48,630 nt of DNA. It comes from a virus (Duplodnaviria > Caudoviricetes). The translations under genes were made by a program, and so were the position numbers. The stretch is taken from the IMG/VR virus record IMGVR_UViG_3300049139_000039, positions 1-48,630 of that record. One strand, given 5' to 3'. Positions 16,711-25,834 of the stretch are shown here, piece by piece; positions within the stretch are counted from its first letter, which is position 1, and every line of letters starts with the position of its first letter. The notes beneath the pieces are model-generated. The model did not search any database. It worked only from the letters and a program-made list of their open reading frames with translations, and was not told the DNA's origin.

Positions 16711-16776
16711 CGGCTTCCACCAAGGCCACGTCGGGTCAGAGCCCGGCAGGTGGAGTCCCAGGATAGCAACACGACG

Positions 16777-16806
16777 CCGCCCCCACCTCCGAAGAGGCGG
16801 GGGCGG
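16777..16806 (-). terminator. Hairpin with C(UUCG)G tetraloop downstream of holin
   Basis: Minus strand CCGCCCCCGCCTC-TTCG-GAGGTGGGGGCGG; the G-U pair and UUCG loop work only on minus strand. Confidence 0.75.
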
Positions 16807-16847
16807 TGGATGACCGAGGTCGTCGAGGTTCCTGCCAGAACGAGCGA

Positions 16848-16869
16848 AGTCTACTCCGAGGGTCTGACG
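16848..16869 (-). promoter_or_regulatory. Second PafBC / RecA-NDp-like promoter motif
   Basis: CGTCAG-N10-TAGACT; near copy of 16650-16671. Confidence 0.55.
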
Positions 16870-16870
16870 G

Positions 16871-17287
16871 TCAGGGCTTGAGATCGCGGAGCTGCTGCTG
16901 ACGCCGGAGGGCGCGCTCGAGCTCCTCGGGCGGCACCGCGGAGAGGTTCGTGATCACGTGCACACCGTCGGCCGTCACAGGCGCGGCCTTGGGTGTGCTC
17001 GACAGTCCGAAGCGGCGCAACGCGGCGTCCACGGCGGGGATCGCCATGATGCGCGTCAGAGCCGCGGCGATGGCCGCCACGGACGCCGCTGCACCGACGC
17101 CCCAGGCCAGCCAGTTCGCCGGCAGCACGTCGGCCAGCTCCTCGCCGGCGATGGCCACCGCGAGGGGCAGCACGACGCCGGCCGTCAGGACGACGCTGAT
17201 GACGTTCTGCACGACGGTGCGCCAGGTGGCGCGGCCGGGGAACGCAGACTGGGACGAGACGATCGCAATGGGCTTGGCGTGGGACAT
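16871..17287 (-). CDS. Holin
   Basis: Two transmembrane segments, RATWRT..Q and TRIMAIPAVD..L patterns; follows endolysin. Confidence 0.8.
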   Translation of the reverse strand: MSHAKPIAIVSSQSAFPGRATWRTVVQNVISVVLTAGVVLPLAVAIAGEELADVLPANWLAWGVGAAASVAAIAAALTRIMAIPAVDAALRRFGLSSTPKAAPVTADGVHVITNLSAVPPEELERALRRQQQLRDLKP

Positions 17288-17290
17288 CGG

Positions 17291-18259
17291 TCAGCCTTCC
17301 GGGGAGATGATCTTGCGGGTGTCAGTGCTGCGGAACCAGTTGCCCGCCGTGGACTCGATCCACCACACGTCGTCGACCTTCACGGCCGAGCCGTCCCAGA
17401 CGGTGAAGCGGGTGCCGACAGCGAGCACGCGGTCCTGCTGGCCACTGCCAGGCTTGTCGTACGGGTGCGTCTCGGTGGTGACCTCGCGCGTGTGGTGCGG
17501 GCGCGCCTCGGACATGTCGGCGAGGTTGACCCAGTTGCCCGACGTCGTCTCGCCCCACCAGTGCTGCCAGCCGTCGCGCTTGATGCCGGAGCCGTCGATG
17601 ATCGACGCCCGGTCACCGAGCTGCAGCGTGCGCACGACGGTGCCGCCCGGGGTCTCGCGGACCTGGGTCGGACGAATCGCCCACTCGGTGTGGAAGGTGC
17701 GCGACTCGTCAGCCTCCACGGCGGGGGCGACGTTCTTCTGGGTGTCGCGGGCCGGGTCGTAGACCAGGTGCCAGGGCTCCTGGATGGACCCGCGCCCCTC
17801 GTTGTCGGTCCAGCCGTGCTTCTTGAGGATCGCAATGCTGGCAACGCGACGCGGGTGGTCCCACTGCCTGACGGTGCCGAAGTCGACGACGTCGACCGCG
17901 ATGCCCCAACCGTGGTTCGAGGTGCCGGGCGGGGCGGCGTGCGCGGTGCCGGTGAACCGGTACGGGACGCCGTTCCAGTAGCAGCAGACCCTGTAGCTCG
18001 GTGTCCACTTCTTGTGGCGCTGGAGGTAGAAGGTGACCTGCTCCTGGTAGGTCCGGTTCCATCCGCGCACCGCGAGAACGACGTCGGTCTTCCTCCGGAC
18101 CTCGGCGCGTGCCGCGTTCCAGGACCTGGCGGCGTCCTCGCGGAGAACCGCGCGGTCGTTGGGCGAGTCGTAGTTCTCGCCATCGAGGGGCTTGAGGAAC
18201 GCCTTCGGGATCTGGCCGTTGGCGTACGTCGTGCCCCTGTAGGTCACGGTGGTGGGCAT
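17291..18259 (-). CDS. Endolysin: M15-family Zn peptidase with two SH3-like wall-binding repeats
   Basis: RTYQEQ...AAPPGTSNHGWGIAVD...EPWH; two C-terminal repeats ending WW.E...GNW. Confidence 0.88.
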   Translation of the reverse strand: MPTTVTYRGTTYANGQIPKAFLKPLDGENYDSPNDRAVLREDAARSWNAARAEVRRKTDVVLAVRGWNRTYQEQVTFYLQRHKKWTPSYRVCCYWNGVPYRFTGTAHAAPPGTSNHGWGIAVDVVDFGTVRQWDHPRRVASIAILKKHGWTDNEGRGSIQEPWHLVYDPARDTQKNVAPAVEADESRTFHTEWAIRPTQVRETPGGTVVRTLQLGDRASIIDGSGIKRDGWQHWWGETTSGNWVNLADMSEARPHHTREVTTETHPYDKPGSGQQDRVLAVGTRFTVWDGSAVKVDDVWWIESTAGNWFRSTDTRKIISPEG

Positions 18260-18269
18260 GGGGGTCTCC

Positions 18270-19028
18270 TCAGGGGGTGATCAGGTCGGCGCAGGTGAGG
18301 GTCACGGCGCCGTCGGTAGCGATGGAGAAGCCGGTGGTGAACTGGCCCTCGGGGCACGTGTAGGAGCCGGGCCGTGCGGTGCCCTGGGGCCCAATGGGGC
18401 CCGGCACGGTGGAGTCGGCGCCGCGCTCACCCTGGGGGCCGCGCTCGCCTTGAGGGCCACGGCACGGGCCGACGTCGGACGAGGATAGACCGTCCGTGTA
18501 CTCGACGATCCAGCCGCCCGTCGCGCACTGCATGGACTGGATACCGCGGCCGGGCGCGCCCGTGGCGCCAGTAGCACCAGTAGCGCCGATCGGGCCTATG
18601 CTCCCGACCGGGCCCCGCAGTCCGCGCGGGCCAACCGGGCCAGGGGGTCCAGTCTCGCCAGGAGGTCCCGTCCGACCTTGAGGGCCGCGCACGCCGGCGA
18701 CACCACGCTCACCTGGTGGACCAGGCGGACCGGGCGGGCCTAGAGCGCCCTGCACGCCAGCCGGGCCCGGCACGGGTGCCCCCTCGACGATCTTGTCCGC
18801 CGTATCGCACAGGTCGCGGCCGTCGAGGTCGAGCGATCCTTGGGACTCGCACGCGTGCTGCACCTGCTCGGCTAGGGACACACCTGACTCGGCGCGCATC
18901 TGCGTCTCGTGCCACAGCACGAGAAACAGCGCCAGGGCCAGCATGGCCGCCGTCGCTAGGGCGATGTTCTGCTTGAACCGGCGCCGCGGTTCGCGGGCGA
19001 CCTGCTCGGCCCGTTCCACTTCGGTCAC
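18270..19028 (-). CDS. Membrane-anchored collagen-like (Gly-X-Y) protein
   Basis: N-terminal TM helix, long GPP/GPQ/GAT triplet runs; in lysis cassette. Confidence 0.8.
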   Translation of the reverse strand: MTEVERAEQVAREPRRRFKQNIALATAAMLALALFLVLWHETQMRAESGVSLAEQVQHACESQGSLDLDGRDLCDTADKIVEGAPVPGPAGVQGALGPPGPPGPPGERGVAGVRGPQGRTGPPGETGPPGPVGPRGLRGPVGSIGPIGATGATGATGAPGRGIQSMQCATGGWIVEYTDGLSSSDVGPCRGPQGERGPQGERGADSTVPGPIGPQGTARPGSYTCPEGQFTTGFSIATDGAVTLTCADLITP

Positions 19029-19339
19029 GTCGCGCCTCCTTGGGCTGCGCCGAGCTCGTACAGCCGGCGGAACTTCTCGCGCTCGTCTTCGGCCGCCCAC
19101 CGAAGGGTGCGCTCGTCCTCGTACAGCCTGCTGAGGGCATCGACCTTCGCCGTCAGGTTCCCGATCTCCTTGGCGTGACTCGCCTCAGCCGAGGCAATCG
19201 CGGCGGCTGTGGCGGCCTGTACCTCGGCGATGTGGTTCTGGTACTGGCGGCGATCGGCGTGGTTCTGCCGGAGTAGATAGCCGATAATGGCGGCCGCAAA
19301 GAGGGCTATGCCGCTGGTGCCAAGCAGCGTCGGGTCCAC
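19025..19339 (-). CDS. Membrane protein with coiled coil (lysis cassette)
   Basis: N-terminal [16 protein letters not shown] then heptad-like helix. Confidence 0.75.
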   Translation of the reverse strand: MDPTLLGTSGIALFAAAIIGYLLRQNHADRRQYQNHIAEVQAATAAAIASAEASHAKEIGNLTAKVDALSRLYEDERTLRWAAEDEREKFRRLYELGAAQGGAT

Positions 19340-19369
19340 ACGGGCCCCCTTCATTTCGTCGTGGGGCCG

Positions 19370-21406
19370 TCAGGGCGCGTGGTAGACCTCGACGGTGTCA
19401 GGCACCTCGAGGCCGCTCTGCACCTGGGAGGCGTAGATGGGCTGCTCAACGCCACCGACCCAGCGCGATACGCCTGTGGTGGGCGCGGTGTCCTCACCGA
19501 ACGTCTGCGACCAGCTGGCCACGACGACGTCGCCCGACCGCTTCGCCTGCCACGTGAGGGTGACCTGGGTGCGGTCCGTGTTCCAGTCGAACGACAGCAG
19601 CGAGTAGACGCCGGTGTCGATCGTCCCGGTGACGCCACTGACGGTCGCGGGACCCTGAAAGACGTTCCACCAGGGCGAGCTGTTCGAGACGTTCGCCGCG
19701 TCGCCGTTGCGGTTGATCGGCGAGGCGTTCAGGCTCGGGATCTTCCACATGGTGTTGGTGCCGTCGTCGGCCCGGATGTCGTGCGAGTCGCCACCGACGG
19801 CGACCACCTTGGCCCGGACGTCCTCGTGCGCGCCGAACCAGGACTCGATGATCGCGGCCTCGTCGCGGAAGTTGCCCCACCTGCCGTTGCTGACGAAGTT
19901 GCCGTACATCGGGAACGACGTGAGCCAGACGATCAGCGGCTCAGCAGCACTCTCCAGCACGCCGAACAGCCAGTTGCGCTGCTCCAGACCGAGCATCGTC
20001 TTGCCCGCGAGGTCGTTCGTCGAGGGGTCCGTGTCGGCCTGGTCACGCAGGGTCCACTGGTCGGTGTCGATGAAGCGCACGCCGTTGTGGGTCCAGGTGC
20101 GGTAGATGCCGTGCGTGCCCGGGAACGTCTCGACACCCATCAGCTTCCGGATCGCCTGCGGGGCGTAGTCCTTCGGCGGCGACTCGCGCCAGGACTGGTT
20201 GCCACCCCAGTCGTGGTTGTCCCAGTGGTACGTCATGGCGGTGCCAGCGATGAACGCCTTCATGGCCGGCTGCGCGAGGTTCGCGTTCAGGCCGAAGCGC
20301 CATGCTGCCTCGGTGGTCGCGTCCTCGTAGTGGAGGTCGCCCTGGTGCGCGAAGAACGCCGCCCCCTCGGCCGCCATCTGGGTGTAGATGGGTGCGTCCA
20401 GGTTCGACTTCTGGCACGAGGACGAGATGACCTTGAAGTCGTCCCGCACGCCGCCGGTGGTCGTCGCCTGCACGGTGGCCAGGGCGACACCGGTGGTGAT
20501 GTCGAACATGGTCAGGTTGTAGCGCGTGTTCGGCGTCAGGCCATTCACCCGGCCGGAGACCCAGCCGTACGCGTCCGGTGTCGAGAGTTGCTGCGACACG
20601 ATCGTGGAGCCGCCCAGGACGGGCGTGGCATCCACGCGCACCTGCCCCGTCACGTTCTGGGACCGGGCACCCATCGTCAGGGAGGTGGCGCCGAAGCCGA
20701 AGGTGCCGGCGAAGAGGCTCGTGGGTGTCGGCGCCGCGGGGATCTCCGAGCCGGGCACGACGACCTGCACACCCACAGCGACCGAGCTCGCGCTGGCCGA
20801 CGGGTAGGTGGCGTTCACGGTCGACGTCGGGCCCAGAGCAGCCGTGTCCACGAAGGTCACGATGTGGGTGTGGTCGATCGTCGTCTGGTGGCCCTGGAAG
20901 ACCCAGACGGCCGCGCCGGACACGCTGACGTCAGCCTGCGTCTCCGTGCTCGAGGACTGCTCGGCGAGGAAGCCCAGCGCGAGGTCCCCGGCGCGCGGCA
21001 CGGCGATGCTCGGCGCGGACACCACGGTGCCGGAGGTCTCGGTACGCGTCCACGGGGCGCCCGCGACGAAGCTCCCCGGGTCGACGGAGCCACGGACGGA
21101 CACCGCCGTCCAGGTGACACCCGTCGCGCCGGTCAGCGTGAAGGACTGCGCCCCGGCCGCGATGTCCGCCTCGACGAGCCGGTGGCCGATGACCTGCATG
21201 GTGCGGGCGCCGTCCACGATCGGCGTGATGACGTCCACCCACCCCGACGGCAGGTTGACGCGCAGGGTCGCGCTCATGATGAAGCACTGCACCAGCACGA
21301 CGTCGCCCACCGCACTGCCGGCCGGGAAGGCGACGTTGTTCATGTTGGCGTCGCCGCCCGAGCGCCCACCACGGGTCCCGATCCGGGTCGGGTTGTTGAA
21401 CGCCAT
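19370..21406 (-). CDS. Minor tail protein with C-terminal PhoD-like metallophosphoesterase domain
   Basis: SSCQ, HQGDLHYED, WDNHDW, TMLGLEQRNWL, GGDSH motifs after an FN3-like segment (GLTPNTRY); last gene of tail module. Confidence 0.8.
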   Translation of the reverse strand: MAFNNPTRIGTRGGRSGGDANMNNVAFPAGSAVGDVVLVQCFIMSATLRVNLPSGWVDVITPIVDGARTMQVIGHRLVEADIAAGAQSFTLTGATGVTWTAVSVRGSVDPGSFVAGAPWTRTETSGTVVSAPSIAVPRAGDLALGFLAEQSSSTETQADVSVSGAAVWVFQGHQTTIDHTHIVTFVDTAALGPTSTVNATYPSASASSVAVGVQVVVPGSEIPAAPTPTSLFAGTFGFGATSLTMGARSQNVTGQVRVDATPVLGGSTIVSQQLSTPDAYGWVSGRVNGLTPNTRYNLTMFDITTGVALATVQATTTGGVRDDFKVISSSCQKSNLDAPIYTQMAAEGAAFFAHQGDLHYEDATTEAAWRFGLNANLAQPAMKAFIAGTAMTYHWDNHDWGGNQSWRESPPKDYAPQAIRKLMGVETFPGTHGIYRTWTHNGVRFIDTDQWTLRDQADTDPSTNDLAGKTMLGLEQRNWLFGVLESAAEPLIVWLTSFPMYGNFVSNGRWGNFRDEAAIIESWFGAHEDVRAKVVAVGGDSHDIRADDGTNTMWKIPSLNASPINRNGDAANVSNSSPWWNVFQGPATVSGVTGTIDTGVYSLLSFDWNTDRTQVTLTWQAKRSGDVVVASWSQTFGEDTAPTTGVSRWVGGVEQPIYASQVQSGLEVPDTVEVYHAP

Positions 21407-22623
21407 CAGATGACGCTCTGCACGGTGTACTCGTGGATGCGCGCCTCGGACCCGATGGTCTCGCCCGAGTTCTGCCGCACCGCGAGAGACAGCGTGCCTG
21501 CGCCCTGGAGCGCCGCCGTGGTGTCCGTGGCGTCACGCTGCCACGTCGTGGGCTCCGTCGTGCCGTCGAGCCACACACGCGCCTGCACCTGGGTCGTGGC
21601 TGCGTCCAGCTGGGTGACGCGCATCCGGAACCGCACGAGGTCGCCGAGGGCGCCCGTGGTCAGCACACCGGCCACGGTCGCCTGGAGGTCGCCCTCCGTC
21701 GCACCCTTCTGCAGACCGAGGTCTACCTGCAGCGGGCGGGTCGCCGACGCACCACGGAGCACGATGTTCATGCCGTACTGCACCGACGACGTCGAGATCC
21801 GCCGCGGCGCGATGGTGAAGATCCGGTTCCCGACGGCACCGGTGACCTGGCTGACCATGCCGACGATCTCGACGGTGTCCTGGCTGTACGAGCTCGATCG
21901 CAGGTACCCCGACCGAGCGCCCGCCGCGGGTGCCTTCCAGATGCCGGCCCCGCTCGCGACAGACCAGTCCGCCGCGATGTCGATCGCCCCGTACTCGCCG
22001 CCGCCCGACGGTGTGCCGACCGAACCTGCCGCGACGGTCCGCTCGAAGTCGTCCGTCATGTAGACCACAGGCGTGGGCGGAGGGGTGCCGCCACCCGCGG
22101 TGCGGTAGATCAGCGTGCCGTCCGGGGTGCCGGGCGGGACCGGGTCGTCCAGGTCGAGGAACAGCACGCCCGGCCCGTACAGCGTCTTCAGCGCGAGGGC
22201 CGTGGCTGATGCCGGGGTCTCGATCAGGGTGGCGAGGCCGGTGTCGTCCACGCCGGTCACCTCGAACTGGACATTGCCGTCCTCGTCCGGCCCCTGACCG
22301 TTGAGGCTCTTGACCGATCCGGAGGCGAGCTCGCGGAGCACCTCTTCGAAGAAGATCTCCCCGCGCTTCCCGCTCGCGGCGTGGTACCAGTCGAGGTACA
22401 CGGCGGCCGGGCTGGTGGACACGAAGTCGAACGCGGGCAGCACGTGAGCGCTCTGCACGGTCAGGTTCGATCCGGTGATCGGGTCGCCGGCGCCGTCCTG
22501 GATGGCGAACGGTGTCGTGGTGCCCCGGGTGACGATCGTGATCTGCTCACCGACCATGGCCGGGTCGACCTCGCCGGAGACTTCGTCGCGGACTGGCGCG
22601 CCGTATACGCGGTAGGTGGGCAC
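21406..22623 (-). CDS. Minor tail protein
   Basis: Position; VKSLNGQGPD..GNV motif; beta-rich C-terminal domain. Confidence 0.75.
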   Translation of the reverse strand: MPTYRVYGAPVRDEVSGEVDPAMVGEQITIVTRGTTTPFAIQDGAGDPITGSNLTVQSAHVLPAFDFVSTSPAAVYLDWYHAASGKRGEIFFEEVLRELASGSVKSLNGQGPDEDGNVQFEVTGVDDTGLATLIETPASATALALKTLYGPGVLFLDLDDPVPPGTPDGTLIYRTAGGGTPPPTPVVYMTDDFERTVAAGSVGTPSGGGEYGAIDIAADWSVASGAGIWKAPAAGARSGYLRSSSYSQDTVEIVGMVSQVTGAVGNRIFTIAPRRISTSSVQYGMNIVLRGASATRPLQVDLGLQKGATEGDLQATVAGVLTTGALGDLVRFRMRVTQLDAATTQVQARVWLDGTTEPTTWQRDATDTTAALQGAGTLSLAVRQNSGETIGSEARIHEYTVQSVI

Positions 22624-22659
22624 GTCATACCTCCGTGGTGGGTGCAGGGGTGTGGAGCG

Positions 22660-23661
22660 TCATGCGACAGCGGCGGCGGAGTAGCGGGCGTCGAAGAGGA
22701 CGGTCCGCACCTTGACGTTCGGAAGCGTCGAGTTGAGCTGGATGAACCCGGTGTCGTTGATGTTCACGCCCGCCATGTACGTGTTGCCGTCGACATCGGT
22801 CACGCGCGCTGCCGCCGCGACCACCACGCCCGCCGGCGGCTTGTCGATGTCGTAGACCCGGCCGATGGAGATGTCGCCACCCGGCATGCCGCCCGAGGCC
22901 AGAGCGTCCAGGGATGCGCCAGCCTTGGTGAGCACGCCGTGCACCCACCTGGCCGTGTCGTTGCGCTCGAGGTAGGAGCCGGACTGGCGCGTCCATCCAG
23001 CGGTCGGCGCCTCGATGGCATTGACACCGCTGATCACCGTGGCGGGGGTGGACTCCACAACCCAGTCCACGGTGGTGCCGACGAAGGTCCGGAGGTAGAT
23101 CGTTCCGTCGCGGGCCACACGACTGCCGAGCGGCGCCGACTGGGGCAGCGCCGCGCCCGATGCCATGAGGATCATGGGACCGGACCAACTGCGGAGGTCA
23201 GCGACGATGGCTTGGTTCAGGGCCTCGCCCTGGCGGCGCTGAACGGCGTACAGGCGCAGATCTGTCGCTGGGCTGTACGCCGGCCGAGTCGCGGAGCCCG
23301 CGGTGCCAGCGATCCGAAACAGTCGCACTGGGCCCGGCGCTGTGGTGTACGTCGCGGGGGCGTACCTCGCGACGATCAGATCCGTGCGACCTGTCGTGCC
23401 ACCGGAGAGTGGTGCGGGGATCTCCAGCGACTGCGAGCTGCCCGCAGGGACGATCAGCGGATAGCCGCCGATCTTGCAGATCGAGTCGACCGTGGCCGAA
23501 CCGAACTCCGCGGTATCCCCCGCCGGCGGCAGGGTGATGCCGAACGCGCTGCCGTCCGTGTCGCCACGGATCCCGACCTCGGTGCCGTGGTGGCGCGAGT
23601 ACAAGGTCTGCGTGAACTGCTCGGGGGGCAGCGGCCCGGAAAGCTGGGCGTCGGTAGCCAT
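22660..23661 (-). CDS. Minor tail protein
   Basis: Position; RTDLIVARY pattern typical of actinophage minor tails. Confidence 0.75.
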   Translation of the reverse strand: MATDAQLSGPLPPEQFTQTLYSRHHGTEVGIRGDTDGSAFGITLPPAGDTAEFGSATVDSICKIGGYPLIVPAGSSQSLEIPAPLSGGTTGRTDLIVARYAPATYTTAPGPVRLFRIAGTAGSATRPAYSPATDLRLYAVQRRQGEALNQAIVADLRSWSGPMILMASGAALPQSAPLGSRVARDGTIYLRTFVGTTVDWVVESTPATVISGVNAIEAPTAGWTRQSGSYLERNDTARWVHGVLTKAGASLDALASGGMPGGDISIGRVYDIDKPPAGVVVAAAARVTDVDGNTYMAGVNINDTGFIQLNSTLPNVKVRTVLFDARYSAAAVA

Positions 23662-24857
23662 CAGTGGTTCCTTTCGAGCGACGCGACCCTGCGCATGGCC
23701 CTGGTCAGGCTCTTGGCGTCAGGAGGTTCGATGGAGGTGGCGCCCGGACCGCCGACGGCGATCACGCGCTGGTCCTTCTGGTTCGGGACGACCGTGGTGA
23801 CGACTTCACGGACCCGAGGGCTCGCGATCTCCAAAGGCAGGTTCGGGAGCTCAATACCGATCCGGTCGCCCAGGTGGTAGGTGCTCCGGTAGATCGCATC
23901 GCCCGCGTCGGTCACCTGGATGACGGCTTCGACCGGCGACGCACCGTCCTCCAGCGCCTTCGCGCCGGCATCCGTGATGACCGAAAGGTCGTCCGTGTAG
24001 CCCTGGTCGATGAGCTTTTCCCGACGTCGCGCCCAGCGGGTCACCGCGGCCTCGTCGGTGAACCTCGACCCCTCGCGGAGCTCGAGGTCGCCGGACGAGA
24101 AGAGAATCGCGTCGGTCAGTTCTGGGGCTCGCATGGAGTAGCGCCAGGACGAGACGATGCCCGTAGCCCGTGCAGCCTTCGCCGAGCCGAACACGACGTC
24201 GGATGACACGTCCTGGACGGTCTCGATCGCCAGCGTCAGGCGAGGCGTCCCCGCGGGCTCGTCGTGCCGGATGCGCACGTCAAAGCCGCCAGCCTCACCG
24301 AGCTCCCCGGCGATGTCCCCGAGCGTCTCCATGCGGGCCTGGTAGGTGGTGCTGCCACCTCGGCCCAGCGTCGTCGGCAGGAACAGCTGCGGCAGCCTGC
24401 GTGTGACGATCGGCGCTGCCGGCCCGAGGTTGGCCGCGATGTACTCCAGCAGGATCGTCTCGCGCGGCCCCGTGCGGGTGTCGTACGTCGTCGCGAACGC
24501 CGTCGGGACGCCGGTGAGGACGTGCGTCGGGTCTGGCCATGCCAGCCGGGACCAGAGCTCGTCCGTGTCGTCGATGAACCCGAGCGTCGTGGTGTCGACC
24601 ATCTTGCCGCTGTCGTCGACCTCGTATGAGCGCTGCGGCTCCTGCACCTGGCCCGACGCGACGAACTCGTCGCCGTCGAAGAGGATGCAGCCCATGCCCG
24701 GGGTGAAGACCGACAGGCTGCTCGACGGACCCTCAAGCATCCACGTTGCCGGGCCGTTGGAGATGTGGCGCTCGACGACCGTCAGCTTCGTGTAGACGCT
24801 GATCGGGTCCAGGACTCGCGACAGGTCGGGCTCGCGCGGCCAGATGGTCCAGGTCAC
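23661..24857 (-). CDS. Minor tail protein (Gp37-like baseplate hub)
   Basis: Second gene after tape measure; RREKLID, YHLGD.I patterns. Confidence 0.8.
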   Translation of the reverse strand: MTWTIWPREPDLSRVLDPISVYTKLTVVERHISNGPATWMLEGPSSSLSVFTPGMGCILFDGDEFVASGQVQEPQRSYEVDDSGKMVDTTTLGFIDDTDELWSRLAWPDPTHVLTGVPTAFATTYDTRTGPRETILLEYIAANLGPAAPIVTRRLPQLFLPTTLGRGGSTTYQARMETLGDIAGELGEAGGFDVRIRHDEPAGTPRLTLAIETVQDVSSDVVFGSAKAARATGIVSSWRYSMRAPELTDAILFSSGDLELREGSRFTDEAAVTRWARRREKLIDQGYTDDLSVITDAGAKALEDGASPVEAVIQVTDAGDAIYRSTYHLGDRIGIELPNLPLEIASPRVREVVTTVVPNQKDQRVIAVGGPGATSIEPPDAKSLTRAMRRVASLERNH

Positions 24858-25834
24858 CACAAGCTCCTGTACTGCCCGCGGTACAGCAGGCGCAGCCGCG
24901 TAGCCGACGTCGCGCCCGGCGCCGTAACCGAGAGCAGGTTCTGCCCGAACGCGAGCGGTTCGAGGACCGACCCGAATGCGAGCATCCCTGCGGCCGGCTC
25001 GCCGTCCAGGCGGATGCTCTTGCGCCGCGGGTCCGTGACGATCCGCAGGGTCTCGCCGGCCGCCACACCTGCGGGGATGCTCAGGTGCAGGCCCGTGTCC
25101 GCCGAGACGACGACGCCAGGGCCGGTCGGGCCCTCGATCTCCAACGTGACGTAGGGCGCCACCTCGGACTCGATGACCAGCGGCATGTCGTCGCCGAGGA
25201 TGACGTCCCACGCGAGGCGGACATCCTCGAACGGAGGCGTGTCCACGTCGCCCGCGTCCCACGCGAGGAAGCGGCCACCGCCCTCCCCCAGGGAATACTC
25301 CCGAGGCGTGTCCTCGCGGTCTTCCGCGAACGGGTTCGGAGCGGCGCAGTCCAGCACGTACTGCACGGTCCACGGCAGCTCTGTACCCGTGCCCTCCATG
25401 CCGGACTGCCGAACCAGTCCGACCTGACGCGTGCCAGCCGGCGTCGAGCACACCAGGCGGAAGCTGCCGTCCTGGGTCAGCTTCTCCGGGGACGGGTCGG
25501 TCAGGTCCGCCAGCAGCTGACGTTGCACCCACTGCTCGGCCTGGTTCTTCGTGTTGATCCGGAGCGGCAGCAGCGGCTCCCGGACGATGGTCTGGGAGAA
25601 CGTCGCGACGCCGCCTGCGACCCCGGGAATGGAATCGATGGTGACGTCCTGGGGCGCCTCCTCCAGTCCCGACGCATCCACGAGCAGCTGCACGGGCCCG
25701 TCATGGGTCGCACTACCGATCGGAATCCGCACGGTGCCGTCCCACGACTCCAGCCAGAACGTCCGCTGATCCAGTGGGGTGGGAGGCGGAGTCGGTGGCG
25801 TGCGCTGGACCGTGGCCAGCACCATGTACGTCAC
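24854..25834 (-). CDS. Distal tail protein (Dit-like)
   Basis: Immediately after tape measure; APNPF, IEGP, L..GQN.L patterns. Confidence 0.8.
   Translation of the reverse strand: MTYMVLATVQRTPPTPPPTPLDQRTFWLESWDGTVRIPIGSATHDGPVQLLVDASGLEEAPQDVTIDSIPGVAGGVATFSQTIVREPLLPLRINTKNQAEQWVQRQLLADLTDPSPEKLTQDGSFRLVCSTPAGTRQVGLVRQSGMEGTGTELPWTVQYVLDCAAPNPFAEDREDTPREYSLGEGGGRFLAWDAGDVDTPPFEDVRLAWDVILGDDMPLVIESEVAPYVTLEIEGPTGPGVVVSADTGLHLSIPAGVAAGETLRIVTDPRRKSIRLDGEPAAGMLAFGSVLEPLAFGQNLLSVTAPGATSATRLRLLYRGQYRSLW

Noticed and set aside
16400-16729. ORFs 16400-16669 (+) and 16463-16729 (-) across the RNA cluster
   Set aside because: They cross strong terminator-like hairpins, lack an SD and show no protein-like composition
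19361-22063. 900-aa plus-strand ORF and many other long antisense or off-frame ORFs in the track
   Set aside because: Arg/Gly/Pro-rich shadows of real minus-strand genes, expected when stop codons are rare in high-GC DNA
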